A stretch of 64,000 nucleotides of DNA from Chara braunii (Eukaryota > Plantae > Charophyceae), in assembly GCA_003427395.1 (NCBI GenBank), contig BFEA01000026.1, positions 5,113,860 through 5,177,859 of the forward strand, in the 5' to 3' direction. The first letter of the stretch is position 1; the number at the start of each line of letters is the position of its first letter. Position numbers and translations under genes: made by a program. Below, piece by piece: positions 27,304-39,997 of the stretch. Under the pieces are notes generated by a model. It was not told the origin of the DNA, made no database searches, and saw nothing but the letters and a program-made list of their open reading frames with translations.

Positions 27304-27990
27304 GGCTAGACCACCCAAACTTATGAAACATGTCTAGCCCAACCAGGAAGTATACACAAACAAAGGGCACAACAATTTTTCTCTTATTTGGGCATATGAC
27401 TAGGCCACCCTAGTCGCCCTAAACTGTTTAAGTATCAAACTTTACATAATTGTCTGCACTTAGTCTTTTGAGGTAGCATATAGCTGAGCTGATCATCTTC
27501 AGCTCAAGACTCGGCCTGCCCCTTCGTACCACAAATTGTTTTCTTAATTAATACTTATGGAACCCTGTCCGACTACCATGTTCATAGATAGTACAATAAT
27601 AGAGTATAACAAAGTTATAACCTTCTGGTTCCAGCATGTGCGAGGCATTGGACCAAGACCACCCAAACTTATGGAACATGTCTCGGTCCTTATTCTGGTT
27701 CATTTATCTTAACGCCAAAACAGGAAGAGGTTGAGTCACCCAAACTTATGGAATATGCTCACCTCCTCGTTCAGAAACTAAAAAAACTGTCGAAAACCCC
27801 AAATAACCAAGGCGACCAAGCCACCCAAACTTATGGAACATGCTTGGCCCCTGAAAAAGCAATCACATTCAACCCTCACAAGTCAGAGCAACCAAACCAC
27901 CAAAACTTATGGGACATGACTGGTTCCCCAAACAATACAAAATAAAACACAGCACTTGACCTTCCCAAACTTATAGAACTTGCCCAGCCC
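27304..27990. repeat. Array of hairpin units with constant core CACCCAAACTTATGGAACATG (copy C)
   Basis: Cores at 27312, 27660, 27737, 27822, 27898 and ~27961. Stems include GGCTAGA/TCTAGCC, GGACCAAGA/TCTCGGTCC and CCAAG/CTTGG. Confidence 0.85.
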
Positions 27991-30900
27991 TTCGGTTGAC
28001 CCTGGTCAAACTTCATGCAATATTACCTTTCTCAGATGCAATCCCACAATTTGCTTTCACTCAGGCCAAGAAACTGAAACTGACATTATACATACATTCT
28101 TTTACTTAGTCTGGTTATGTCCTGAATAGAAAGCAAGGATTATAGGGACAAGCAGACATACATCACTCAAGCTATAGGGGGATATGCAAAACATGGGTGT
28201 AGTGGGCTATACAGATAGAAAGATAACATACCTGATGGTTCCCTGCCTTCAGAACCTCGCCTAGGTTCTGGCAGAGCTCCCGCAATCGATGGGATGGCTC
28301 CCCACAGAGTCTTGTTGTGGACCTACGGGTTGCAATCCCGTCTGCCGCCTTCCTTTCGTAACCAATAGACTAGACTTAGAGTGAGAAGGGCAGATAGAGA
28401 TATGTTTAAGACTCTCAGATCCAAGAAGGGTGCACTCAGACTCGCGACAGAGGGCCTTGTTATCTTGATTCGCCTGAGGGCCCCTTGATGGCGGCCAACT
28501 GACAGCTTGGTCAAAGAAGTTAGACTGTCGAGATAACCCCTCCTGACGAGCCTCCAACTTGTAGCCCCAAGCTCTCTCCCTAAGCTCAACTACTCCTCTA
28601 AGCCCAACTGCAGCCGCCCACCACCTTGTATCAACCCTTATGTGCAAAAGCAGTAGTACTTAGCGGCGGACAACAATAATGGCAGCAATCACCCACAGTC
28701 ACCATCAGAATGCGACAGTTAGCAACGCAGCAGCAGCTCGTACCCAGCCAACAGCAGCCCGCAGTAGTGTACAGCAGTACGCAGCAGTGTGCAGCTGCGT
28801 GCAGCGGTAATTTGAGCTTGGTCAACAGCAGCCGCAACTTGTGCACAATAATACGCAGCAGCGTGCACTAGTTCGCAGTAATCAACCCCAGGTGGCAGAT
28901 ATCTGTACATAGCACACAACACCACGTCGTGGAATACGTCGGTAGGCAACAGTTCGTGCGTAGTTCAAGTTCAACAGACGCAGTTCACGCCCAATCTGCA
29001 GCAGTAACCCGAGTCTCAACATGTAGTCGTAGCATGCGATTGAATGCAGCAACCATTGGCAATAGCAATACGTAGCCTAGTCAGCAGCTACAACAGCAGT
29101 TCCCCAACATACAGTAGCGGATGTCACCAACCGTGTCAGCAGTTAACCGTCTGCACACAGTATGCAGCAGTCATATGGCCTTGTGCGTAGCCGCCTGCAC
29201 AACTCTGTGCAATTGGCATACGACAGTCAGTAATACTGAGCCCAGTTACCCGGCGTAGCTGTTGTTTGTGCACAGCATGCGGCATCCCTCAACCCATAAT
29301 AGCACATGCAGCTTCGATACCACCGACAACGGTTTGTGCACAGTGTCCGGTAGCCGTCTGTGGACAGCCAACGGATGCAGTTGTAACAGTCAGCAGTGGT
29401 CACATTCACAGCAGTCACGTACTGCCCTGTAGCTTGCCTCCGACTTCCCCTCCGTGTCAGCCTCCGTTGTGGTTCTTCTATCGCACTGGTTAACCGGATG
29501 AACGGTTCATAGCCAAACAGGTGTCGCCTAACTCAATATGATGGGCCACACCCAGCCCGCAAAGCCTAGTACCACGCGTAGCGACCTTGTAGCTATCCAC
29601 CAGCTAGACCCGGTCTAGCCCTCGCTGCTCCAGCTCGGTCAACGGATAGGTCCTCCGTCCTGTGGCATGCCCCACTCCCCTCACCTTCTCTATGCAACAG
29701 AGCGAGCCACGTACCGACCGGCATGCGCGTTAGCGCCCTCGCGGCTGGTTCCTAACAACTTCACACATCGAGCGGCAACATACCGGCTATAGGTGAGTCC
29801 CCAGCTCACCGCCCACCGGTAGCCTCTTGGTTAGAACGATCGTGCAACACACTTAGCTCGCCGCATGCATGAGTGGGATTCGAGAGCGAGTTTCATACTG
29901 GATCATAAATAGCTTCAGTCAAGTGACGAAAGTAATCGCCAACGTCGGGGAAGTATGCCCCCTTCCTGCACTCCCCCCTCCCTACCTGCAGGCCGATCAT
30001 CACAACCCTACGCCCGATATCTACCACTGGGGAGCTCCCACCTCGATGACCAAAAAAATTGATGCCCTTCGGCCTGGGCACGGGTCACAACGCATGACAA
30101 CGGTACCGGTCATGGCTTGTACTGACAACCCGCGGCTACCCTCGCGCAACTCGCATCCGCAGTGGATGCGAGAACGACTGATCTTGCCCCTAAAACATGG
30201 GTAGATCCACTCCATCACCTATGCAACGGCTGATTACTCTCCCCGGGTGCAGTCCACACTTATCGTAGTCCAGGACTAACGACTCCCTTCCCCAACCTCC
30301 TCACCAAGTCGCTCGCAACATCTTGGAATCCCCGGTGCAGGTCCTCGTTCGTCCGATTTTCGTCGAGGATCGAGCGAATCACGAGATTTTACAGCCCGCT
30401 ACGCCCATTCCCTCGACACCTCTCTGCGCACTCTTCTTCGTACTTACCTCCTCCTCTGCTGATTTCCTTTTAAAACTGACTCTATAAACCGGCTTGTCCG
30501 GGGCAAAAACCCCGGGATCACCTTCTTCTTCGTCCAAAGTCCGTACACCAACGGTTGGGTTATGCCATTTCTTCCCTTTGTCTTCTCTCCTCCGCCATAG
30601 CTCCGCGCATGGACTGTTCCTACTAACTTTAGTCTTACCAACTCCTACCCCAAATCTAACCTCATAATCAAGGTCGCCTCATCAAAGATCCTCCATCCCG
30701 TTCCTTCTCTCGCTCGATTTCATCAAGAATCGAGCGAGTTCTCTGTTGCCCTGTCTCCTCTCGTCAACCCTTCACCGTCTCCTTCCTCGAATGCGCCCGG
30801 TACAGATATCCGTCCGGGTTTGACTGGGACCGTTTTGGGGCCTGAGCAGCATCAGGCCGCAGAGGTATAAAGCGAGAGGCAGCTCGCAGTTAATAGTCAT

Positions 30901-32346
30901 ATTTCTGCGCAGGCCATGCGGGAGCTCTGCTACAGTGTCCGCCCGTTTCACCTGGCTCATGGATTGTCGATGCCAAGGCGAGGCGGTGCGCTTAGCGGCC
31001 GATGCGTTGCAAGGCAGGCGGTGGCATTCGGCTGTGGGCTGCGGTAACCTGGGATCGGACTCTGGGGTGTCGTTGTCCGTAGAGGTTCGTAGCTTGGCAG
31101 TGTCACTGGCCCAATCGGGCGTAGATGCTGGACGCATGCGCAGGTAGTGGGTAGATAGCGCAACAGGGTGACGAGGGCTAGTGGGGAGGAGGAGTGAACC
31201 TCGACGGATGCTCGCCTCCGAGTCAGGAGCCAACCACCAGCCTCCCACGGGGCCATGCTAATCTTCTCCGTATCGTCCCAATTTTTACGGATGTCCCGAG
31301 GGACCCGGTCATACAAGGTGACCGGGGCGAAACAAAATCTTTAAATAAGAGGGAAAGAAGAAAGAGAAAAAAAAGAAAAGTGCACGAAAGAGACAAAAAG
31401 GAAAAGTGCAAAAGTACAATGGCGGATATTTCAGTGACGGAAGGGGTTGTTGGCCTCTAGCTAATCCCACGAGTCAAATCCGTCGGCGCGCTTATCAGCA
31501 AAAGCCGAGGAGGATAGCCCTAGCGACGCTTGACCCCCCGACTTCCTTCGTGTTAATCCGCAACGCCGTTGCTTCGCTCTGTTGCCCGCAGTTCTCGATC
31601 CCCGCATCTCCACCGCATAAGTCCAGTGTCCTAACCTATAGGGCTAAGCCCAAGCCTAGCGTCAGCCTGCGCGTGATCCTATATGAGGTGGTGTTACACA
31701 AACCCCGGCCTGGGCGAAATAGTCCGGCCCTCACTCCCACTCCTAACTACGCACGCTGTTGCTAGGCACCTGCACTGGCCTGTCCCCTCGCACCGTAGTT
31801 ACCTCGTGCCCTGCCTAGTATATCAGGCCTATCAGTGGTCAGTCGCCCTGAGGAAAAGTAAACTTTTTATACCAGCTAGCGAAATCCGGCCGACCCCTTA
31901 TGCCGGTAGTATAATAAAAAAATAGAGAAAGCACTCGCACGCCTTAGTCCCGCGCGCCCACGCCCGCTCTACTCTAGTCACCCACCTTACTAGCGCGACC
32001 CACCAGACTTAGCCGCGACTCGCGTGGTACAGTTAGTGTTTCAAACTTACTTTCTGTCACTTGCAAAAACTAGGGCGGATACCCTTGTGAGGGTATTCGC
32101 GCCGACAGTGGTGTGCGGGTCTGCGACCCACCTTTCTGACTCACTTATGTGAGATCTGACATCATCTAAGGATCATCATTTTCCTATTTTATTTGGAACA
32201 GACCTGTGTACCAGTAGAAACTCCGTCGACAACAACACAACACTGGCAGCAACCAGGGCTTTTTTTCCTGGGGCGCCAACTTGGCATGACGTGAATGAAC
32301 GCACGCACCTGGACAGACATGCCTGCACTACAACAAGCCCTGTACC

Positions 32347-33321
32347 TGTTCGCAGCCCGTCAGGGTTGCGTTTTCCCCCCCTGAGACATTTTCGTCGTCG
32401 TCACCAAACGGTGCGGTAGTTGGAAGGGTGGTGTATTTGTTGGGGGTCCAATTCGTGTGAAATAGACAGTTTTCGCTGTTGGAGGACCGGTAGCTGCCCG
32501 CAGGAGGTCGAGGGGGCCGGAGCCTGAAAAGTTTTCATTGTTGGAGGACCGGTAGCTGCCCGCAGGAGGTCGGGGAGGCCGGGTCCTGAAAATTGGCATT
32601 CCGCTGAGTTAGGGCGGGTTTTTAGGGGGGGCGCCGACTGGAAGGCGCAGGTGGGTCCAATCTTGCAATTTTTTAGCGCCAACTTTGGCGATTTTTCGTA
32701 CGCAGAATAATTGGAGAAAAGATCTGAAAAGATCGGGTAGGGCAGGTCGTGATCTTTCCAGGAAAAATATCAACAAAATAAAATAAAATCGTTTAAACCA
32801 TGAAAGAAATGCCGCGCCAATTCGTCACTTTTTCCATTTTTTGCACGACAACTTGTGGGCCAACGGAAAAAGTACCCCTATTTCAAAGATTTTTCACGCT
32901 CAGAATAACTCGTAAATAAGTCTGAAAATTTGAGGGTCCGTAGATTTGGTCATGATCTTTTCACAAAAAATCTTTTAAAAAAGTAAAAAAATCGTCTCAA
33001 CTGCGAAATAGCTTATAGCGCAACTTCATCTCATTTTCCATATTCACCACTCTGTCGGTTCTCCACTCTGTGCTACTGGTAGCCCTCATGGACCTGTGCT
33101 ACCGGTCCCCCGAATTTCCAACGTCGGGTAGAGTGGTGGTTTGAATTCGAAGCCTGTCGTGGTCGAAATCGAAACAGGCAAAAGCAGTGGCGGCCGCTCC
33201 CGTTCCCTCTGCGTTCACAAAGTGATAGTCTCCCTGTGTGCGCGGGGAGCGTGTTGCCTTATCGATCGAGGCGTTTTGACAAAGTGGCGCCGCGCCTGAT
33301 TTTTTTTTTCTTTTCTTCCTG

Positions 33322-33397
<76 letters not shown>

Positions 33398-33620
33398 CAA
33401 CAACATCAACAAACAAACTACGGGCTGCACACCCGTGCCCTCACGGTAAGTCAATCGATAGGGCCCAGCCCAATAGAACTCGAAATAGTGCTAAGCCCAG
33501 CCTGCGGCTGCAGTACCACACTACTAAACCGAAAAATGAACGGGCCTACCAGTAGCTCAGGGGGTGGTATTGACTTACCGTGAGGGCACGGGTGCGCAGC
33601 CTGTGGTTTGTTTGTTGATG

Positions 33621-33670
<50 letters not shown>

Positions 33671-34761
33671 NNNNNNNNNNNNNNNNNNNNNNNNNNNNNN
33701 NNNNNNNNNNNNNNNNNNNNNNNNNNNNNNNNNNNNNNNNNNNNNNNNNNNNNNNNNNNNNNNNNNNNNNNNNNNNNNNNNNNNNNNNNNNNNNNNNNNN
33801 NNNNNNNNNNNNNNNNNNNNNNNNNGAGAGAGAAAAAAAAAAAAAAAAAAATCAGGCGCGGCGCCACTTTGTCAAAACGCCTCGATCGATAAGGCACCAC
33901 GCTCCTTGCGCACACATGGAGACTATCACTTTGTGAACGCAAAGGGAACGGGAGCGGCCGCCGCTGCTTTTGACCTGTTTCGATTTCGACCACGACAGAT
34001 TCGAATTCAAACCACTACTCTACCTGACGTTGGAAATTCGGGGGACCAGTAGCACAAGTCCATGAGGGCTACCAGTAGCACAGAGTGGAGAACCGATAGA
34101 GTGGTGAATATGGAAAATGGGATGAATTTGCGCTATAAGCTATTTCGCGGTTGAGACAATTTTTAAAAAAATTTTAAACATTTTTCCTGAAAAGATCATG
34201 ACCAAATCTACGGACCCTCAAATTTTCAGACTTGTTTACAAGTTCTTCTGAGCGTGAAAAAGCTTTGAAATAGGGGTACTTTTCCCGTTGGCCCACAAGT
34301 TGTCGTGTGCCAAAAATGGAAAAAGTGACGAATTGGCGCGACATTTATTTCATGGTCTAAGCGATTTTATTTTATTTTGTTGATATTTTTTCTGGAAAGA
34401 TCACGACCTGGCCTACCCGATACCAAATTTTCAGATCTTTTCTCCAATTATTCTGCGTACGAAAAATCGCCAAAGTTGACGCTCGAAAATTGTAAGATTG
34501 GACCCGCCTGCGCCTTCCAGTCGGCACCCCCCCTAAAAACCCGCCCTAACTCACCACAGGGCCTGCGTCAAATTTCAAGGCCCTAATGCCACGGGCAGCT
34601 ACCGGTCCTGCACGTCCTTGAACTGCCTATTTCTCACGAATTGGACCCCCAGCAAATACACCACCCTTCCAACTACCGCAGCGGTTGGTGACGAAGACCA
34701 AAAATGTTCAATGTCTCAATGTCTCAGGGGCATAAAACGCAACCCTGACGGGCTGCGAACA
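32347..34761. mobile_element. Foldback-type element with ~1.1-kb inverted arms
   Basis: 32347-33455 is the reverse complement of 33569-34761, including mirrored (CA)n/(TG)n; 113-bp spacer; no convincing TSD. Confidence 0.85.
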
Positions 34762-35061
34762 CCCGTCACGGAGGGTGGGCATTTTGAGGTTTGGGGCCTA
34801 CCGGTAGCAAGGGGCAGGTCCGCGTAGGACCGCTATTGGCGCGGTGGTTCGTGAAAATGTGAAAAACAAACGGAAGTAGTCATAGAAACGGCAGGTGTTA
34901 GAAAGTTGGAACCTGCGCTTGTCGCAGGTCGAAATTGAACCCGTGCTCGCGCGGGTCCAAACGACGCGTGTTCAGCGTTCAGCGGCCGATTTTCTCTCTC
35001 TCTCTCTCTGTCTCTCTCTCTCTCGGTTAGTGATTGACTGTCACGCGAGTAGCGCAAGTCT

Positions 35062-35100
<39 letters not shown>

Positions 35101-35180
35101 GGTTAGTAATTGACTGTGACGCGAGTAGAGGAAGACAAACTCAAACGGGCCACAAAAGAACGGGCTAGAGGTAAATGAAA

Positions 35181-35214
<34 letters not shown>

Positions 35215-35930
35215 GTCTCTCTCTGTGTCTCGCGCGCGCGCGTGCGCGCTCTGTGTCTGTCTGTCTCATGTTTCCGCCCCCCCATTCAACCACCCCCCGA
35301 ATAGGACGCGGGAGAAGATGACAACAAACGAGGGGGGGATGTGACAACCTGTCTCGTCGGAGTTTCACCGACTCATCAGGAGGCTGAATCCTCAACAGTC
35401 TGCATAATCCCCTAGTAACTGATTAGTACGCTGTAAGTGATAATCCACGTTAACCCCATTCGGTTGTGGTGAAGCACCAATGACTGCCCGACAACTGATA
35501 CCCGGATGTAGTGGGGACCACCAACTACTGCCCTCAAGGTACCTGTGACGACTCTCAAAGCAGACAATCGCTCACCCACAGCAGATGGAAAACTCTACAC
35601 ACTGTTGGTTCCACCCCATCACAAGACAGCAAAATACATATTTATATACTTCTTTTTTTTTCCTTTCTTTTCTACTACGACGTATTTTTCGTCCTGAAAC
35701 GGGTTAAGTTGCCCCTCCCTCATTTCTAGTCCAATTCCCGCCACCTCCCGCAATGATTGCGTCTTTTTGCAAAAGTCCACACCTCCTAATGCCCACTCTC
35801 TTCTCCTCTCCCTGTCTACCCCTTCAACCCCCTCATGACTACTCGTGCTTCTTTGACACTACCACGCACACAATTCTCTCGCCCCCCAACCTGCCCCCCC
35901 TCTCTTGCGCTGTTCTTCCCTTGGTCTCTG

Positions 35931-35990
<60 letters not shown>

Positions 35991-36053
35991 CCTATTACTG
36001 GACGAGCACCAATCACCGCCTTACACTCTGCTTCTCCTTCTCTCACCCTCGCC

Positions 36054-36310
36054 TGATTGACTGGTTGATTGATTGATTGGTTGATTGATTGACTGGTTGA
36101 TTGATTGATTGGTTGATTGATCGACTGGTTGATTGATCGACTGGTTGATTGATCGACTGGTTGATTGATTGACGCAGAACTAAGTAACAACCCACGCTTC
36201 TTTCGCACTGACAGCGAAGTCGCGGCCCGTTGCTAGGGTATCCGTCGAAAAGGAAACAGAGAGATAACCTGACTTATTGATGGATAATCAATTAGTCAAG
36301 CAAGCAAACA

Positions 36311-36341
<31 letters not shown>

Positions 36342-36380
36342 GAATCAATGAATCAATCAATCCACCAATCAATGAACCAC
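36054..36380. repeat. (GATT)n/(AATC)n low-complexity tracts; similar tract at 38790-39015
   Basis: Direct reading. Confidence 0.85.
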
Positions 36381-37020
36381 TCCAATCGTTTTCACCCCAG
36401 AAAGAGTGAAGAAATGTGACTGTCAATTACCTTTGACCGATCAGTTCGGTGATGATACCACAAGGCCGCCGTTTTTAAAGGGAAAAGAAAACAGAAAAAA
36501 GAAAAGGGAGGGTTTCAAGATAGCCTCTCACGAGAGGGATGAAAAGGTAGAGGCTTACTGATGTTCTGATCCTGTTTTTTTTTTTTTTTTTTTTTTTTTT
36601 CCCTGACAAATGAAAACGTGTTTTTGGTTTCCTGCGCAGTGCCCTCTAGTAATTCTAATTAGTTATTACTATTTATCTAATCTTATTATAAAACAAAAGA
36701 AAAAAGATGACCGGATTTGTATTGAGAAAAAGAATTGTGATCATCATCTGATTTAAAAAAGAAAAAGAAAAATCAACTGTTTGCCTTGTTTAATAAATTT
36801 GATTTTTGCAAAACTTGAAAAAAAAAAAAAAGAAGTGATCGTCGGATCGAGAGGAATGGGGGCATATATTCAAACCACGACTTCCCTGGATGTATCTGAC
36901 CGCTTTTACAGCCACGCATGGATGCATCTGGCCGTAATTACATCCATAGTAGAATCAAGAGAAGTCCTAGTGGGAATATGCTCTGACCTTACTGACGAAG
37001 GCGTACTCCCTCACAACAGG

Positions 37021-37185
37021 GGTGAGGTCCCACTAGCAAGGAGGATTGGATCAAGCGCCTGAATCTGGACGTGTTTTAAGGGGAGATGCAGAAAAGTAGA
37101 TCAATCGCCATTTTGTTTGTACCGCGCTCCACAAACACGTCCAGATTCAGGCGTTGAACCCAATCCTCTTTGGGACCTTGCCCTA
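37021..37185. repeat. Short hairpin / MITE-like inverted repeat
   Basis: AGGTCCCA...CGCCTGAATCTGGACGTGTTT pairs with AAACACGTCCAGATTCAGGCG...TGGGACCT. Confidence 0.7.
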
Positions 37186-37227
37186 GGACGTGTGGATCGA
37201 TTCACTGCAAAATACTAACAGTGAAAA

Positions 37228-37262
<35 letters not shown>

Positions 37263-37867
37263 ATAAATAAATAAATAATGTCTTTTAGTATGAGAATGTG
37301 GTGATCCATGTGGCATGCTCCCTCTGCACAACACAAAGCGGGATGTATCGGGATGTATCTAGGGTGGAAATCAGCTTGGATACGGACGCCTCATTTGACA
37401 GCACTTTTGTCCAGATTCAGACAAAGATGTGAATGTAGATGTCATTTGATTTATGGAAGCTTGGCTCCCCGTTGACAACATGAATCTGGTCAACTTTGCA
37501 AGCTCGGTTCGGTCTGATCTGATTCAGAATATAGCGTGCCGTATTCATCCTTCCTCCTCCTCCTCCTCCTCCTCCTGCTCTTCCTGCTTGTCCTGCTTGT
37601 CCTGCTTCTCCTCCTGCTTCTCCTCCTGCTTCTCCTCCTGCTTCTCCTCCTATATACCTAGGGCCTCGCTCTGCCACTCTCCCAATGTAAGAATGACAAA
37701 AAAGTGGCGGGTGTATCTGTCTCCTTTCTCGGGCAAGATACATGCGGAATTTATTCATTTGGTGAGTATTGCACCGATGCCCCTACTCCACATTGACAAA
37801 ACCCTTGTTTAATCCTTAAACCCCAGTTCATCATCCTGAGTTTGGGTCAGGCAGGCACCTTGGGGGA

Positions 37868-38062
37868 GAAGATCGATTGCCTGCTTCACTGCGCGCCGAC
37901 TTCCAGGATGCATCGGACCGCAAATGTGAGCCTGATTCAGTCATCGGTATAACGATTTAGTGTGACCAGTATTACCCTTGGTATGAAGATCGATTGCCTG
38001 CTTCACTGCGCGCCGGCTTCTGGAATGTATCCGGCCGCAAATGGAGGCACATTCAGTCTTCG
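37868..38062 (+). repeat. Two-copy ~118-bp tandem duplication
   Basis: GAAGATCGATTGCCTGCTTCACTGCGCGCCG at 37868 and 37986. Confidence 0.8.
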
Positions 38063-38339
38063 AGAAAATCCTTCAGTGTGTGTGCGCCCTAATTTTTGCC
38101 CATGTCTTTTCGCGCGCACGACGAAGGGTGAGTGAATGACCAACCATGTTCTTGAATGGATGGGCGTAATTTTATTTTTATTTTATTTGATTTTTTCGAA
38201 GAAAAAATGGAGGGAATTCGACGAGATGGAAGGTCCTTGACCTTTTCCCCCCGGACAAACGATATTCGATTTTTTCTTTTTTTTTTCTTTTTTTTTTAAT
38301 TAATGGATGCATGTAATTTTAGTTTATTTTTTTGAATTT

Positions 38340-38527
38340 TTTCCCGCAAAAAAGTAGAAGAAATTGGACGAGATGGAAGGTTCTTGACTTTTCCCGTCCC
38401 TTTTCCCGCGCTTTTTAGAGGAGAGGGGGAGCGCCGCAAAACGGCGGGAAAGAGGCAAGCGGCGAAAGGGAGAGGAAAAGGCGGGAAAGTGGAAAAGCGT
38501 AAGACAATGACAATGACATTTTGGCGC
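38340..38527. promoter_or_regulatory. Cluster of five E2F-type motifs (TTTSSCGC)
   Basis: TTTCCCGC at 38340 and 38402, GCGGGAAA at 38444 and 38481, TTTGGCGC at 38520, in apparently non-transposon sequence. Confidence 0.45.
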
Positions 38528-39411
38528 GAGTTTTTCAATCGATTCTCTTTTTTTTTTTGCGACGAGTTCACCCTCAGGGAGAGTTGAAGGACGAGGAGGA
38601 GGGAAAAAAGCTTCCATCCCCATCCCTCTCTTCTCGTCTGCGTGCCACATTGGAAGATAAGGTTATGGGATTATGCCCTGATCCGCGAGGATAAGATTAT
38701 ATGAAAATTCAGGTTGGGGACCGTACAGCCGTCTTCATCACGAGTGGCTTCCTCATTGATCGATTTTTCGGTTAAGTTATCGGATCTGATTAGTTGATCG
38801 ATTAGTTGATTGATTGATAAGTTGATTGATTGATAAGTTGGTTGATTGATAAGTTGATTGATTAGGTGATTGATTAGTTGGATGAGTTGATTGATTAGTT
38901 GGACGAGTTTATTGATTAGGTGTTTGATTAGTTGGACGAGTTGATTGATTAGTTGATTGATTAGTTGTGTGAGTAGTTGATTGATTAGTTGACTGGTTGT
39001 CAATCGATTGATTGATGTGTTTGGTTTGCTTCTTATTCGGTCTAAATTTGTGTTCCAAGCAGAGGTTCTGCACTGATTGCCGGATCGAGCATGTGGTCGA
39101 TTGATTGAGTGGTGTGGTGGCTTTAGTGATTGGTTTTGAGTAATTGATCGAGTGATCCGTGCCTCATGGATTGATTGGTTTCCGGTCAGATACAGTGATA
39201 CCCATGGCCAGGCGTTCTAAACGGGGCGAAGGCAGTGGTAGGGTAGTTCTCTCTCAGCTTTGTAGGGGGGGGGGAGGGAGACGGCCGAGGGAGGAAGGGG
39301 AGACGTGGTCTCGCATGTACTTAATTAACCGAGAAATACTGAACAATACCGCTATCGTGGCTAGATTCCGAGCTGCTCCGGGCAGTGCTTCATTCATCTG
39401 AAGATTAGCAA

Positions 39412-39885
39412 CAACAGAGTTTAGGGTCTAGGGTTTCCAAGGGTGGTAGTTTATGTGGGTTAACGGCAGAGTTTAGGAGGGTCTAGGGTTTTCAAGGGTC
39501 CTACCTCAAATGCGTTAAAGGCAGAGTTTAGGAGGGGTTGGGGTTTCGAAGGGTGCTATCCTAAGTGGGTTAACAGCAAAGTTTTGAGGGGTTTGGGGTT
39601 TCCAAGGGGAACCCGAAGGGTGCTATCCTAAGTGGGTTAACAGCAAAGCCTTGAGGGGTTTGGGGTTTCCAAGGGTGCTAGCTTAAGTGGGTTAACGGCA
39701 GAGTTTAGCGGGGTTTAGGGTTTCAAGGGTGGTTGCATAAGTGGGTTAACGGTTGTGTCCAGGGTTTAGGGTTTTTGCACCGGTGGTAGGTCAAGCAAGT
39801 TAACCGTGGAGGTTAGGATTTAGGGTCTCTGACCGTGCTAGCTCAAGCAACTGGGCTGCAGAGTTTAGGGTTTAGGGTTTCCACC
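39412..39885 (+). repeat. Telomere-motif-containing minisatellite (~55-60-bp unit)
   Basis: About 8 degenerate units of CAGAGTTTAGGGTYTAGGGTTTCCAAGGG...GTGGGTTAAC; TTTAGGGTTTAGGG at ~39864. Confidence 0.8.
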
Positions 39886-39892
39886 GTGGCTA

Positions 39893-39997
39893 CCGTCTTC
39901 ACCCAAATAGAACGCTGGGTTATAATCACTGTATCTAGACTGAAAGTTGCCCCAAATGCAGCTAGAATGACCCGGGGTTCTATTGGGGGGAAGGCAG
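39893..39997. mobile_element. ~105-bp Tc1/mariner(pogo)-type MITE, copy 1
   Basis: TA TSD; TIR CCGTCTTCACCCRAATAGAAC; homologous to 41100-41203 and 46587-46691. Confidence 0.7.

Larger units (their letters stand above)
24024..32107. mobile_element. Giant LTR-like repeat, copy C (diverged subfamily)
   Basis: TGTGACA...GCCGACA ends; patchy homology to B (24300-25270, 26070-28560, 31930-32107); last ~65 bp nearly identical to B. No matching TSD, so the left end is tentative. Confidence 0.65.

Noticed and set aside
28600-29500. CAG-rich region as a polyQ or Cys-rich gene
   Set aside because: Stops in all frames, lies inside repeat copy C, and has no recognisable domain.
32338-34770. 9-bp Mutator TSD for the foldback element
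   Set aside because: Flanks CCCTGTACC and CCCGTCACG match at only 5 of 9 positions.
35500-37770. Splice-like signals suggesting small exons (e.g. 37662-37761 on +; donor near 36430 on -)
   Set aside because: No recognisable protein and no consistent exon chain; could be UTR exons but unsupported.
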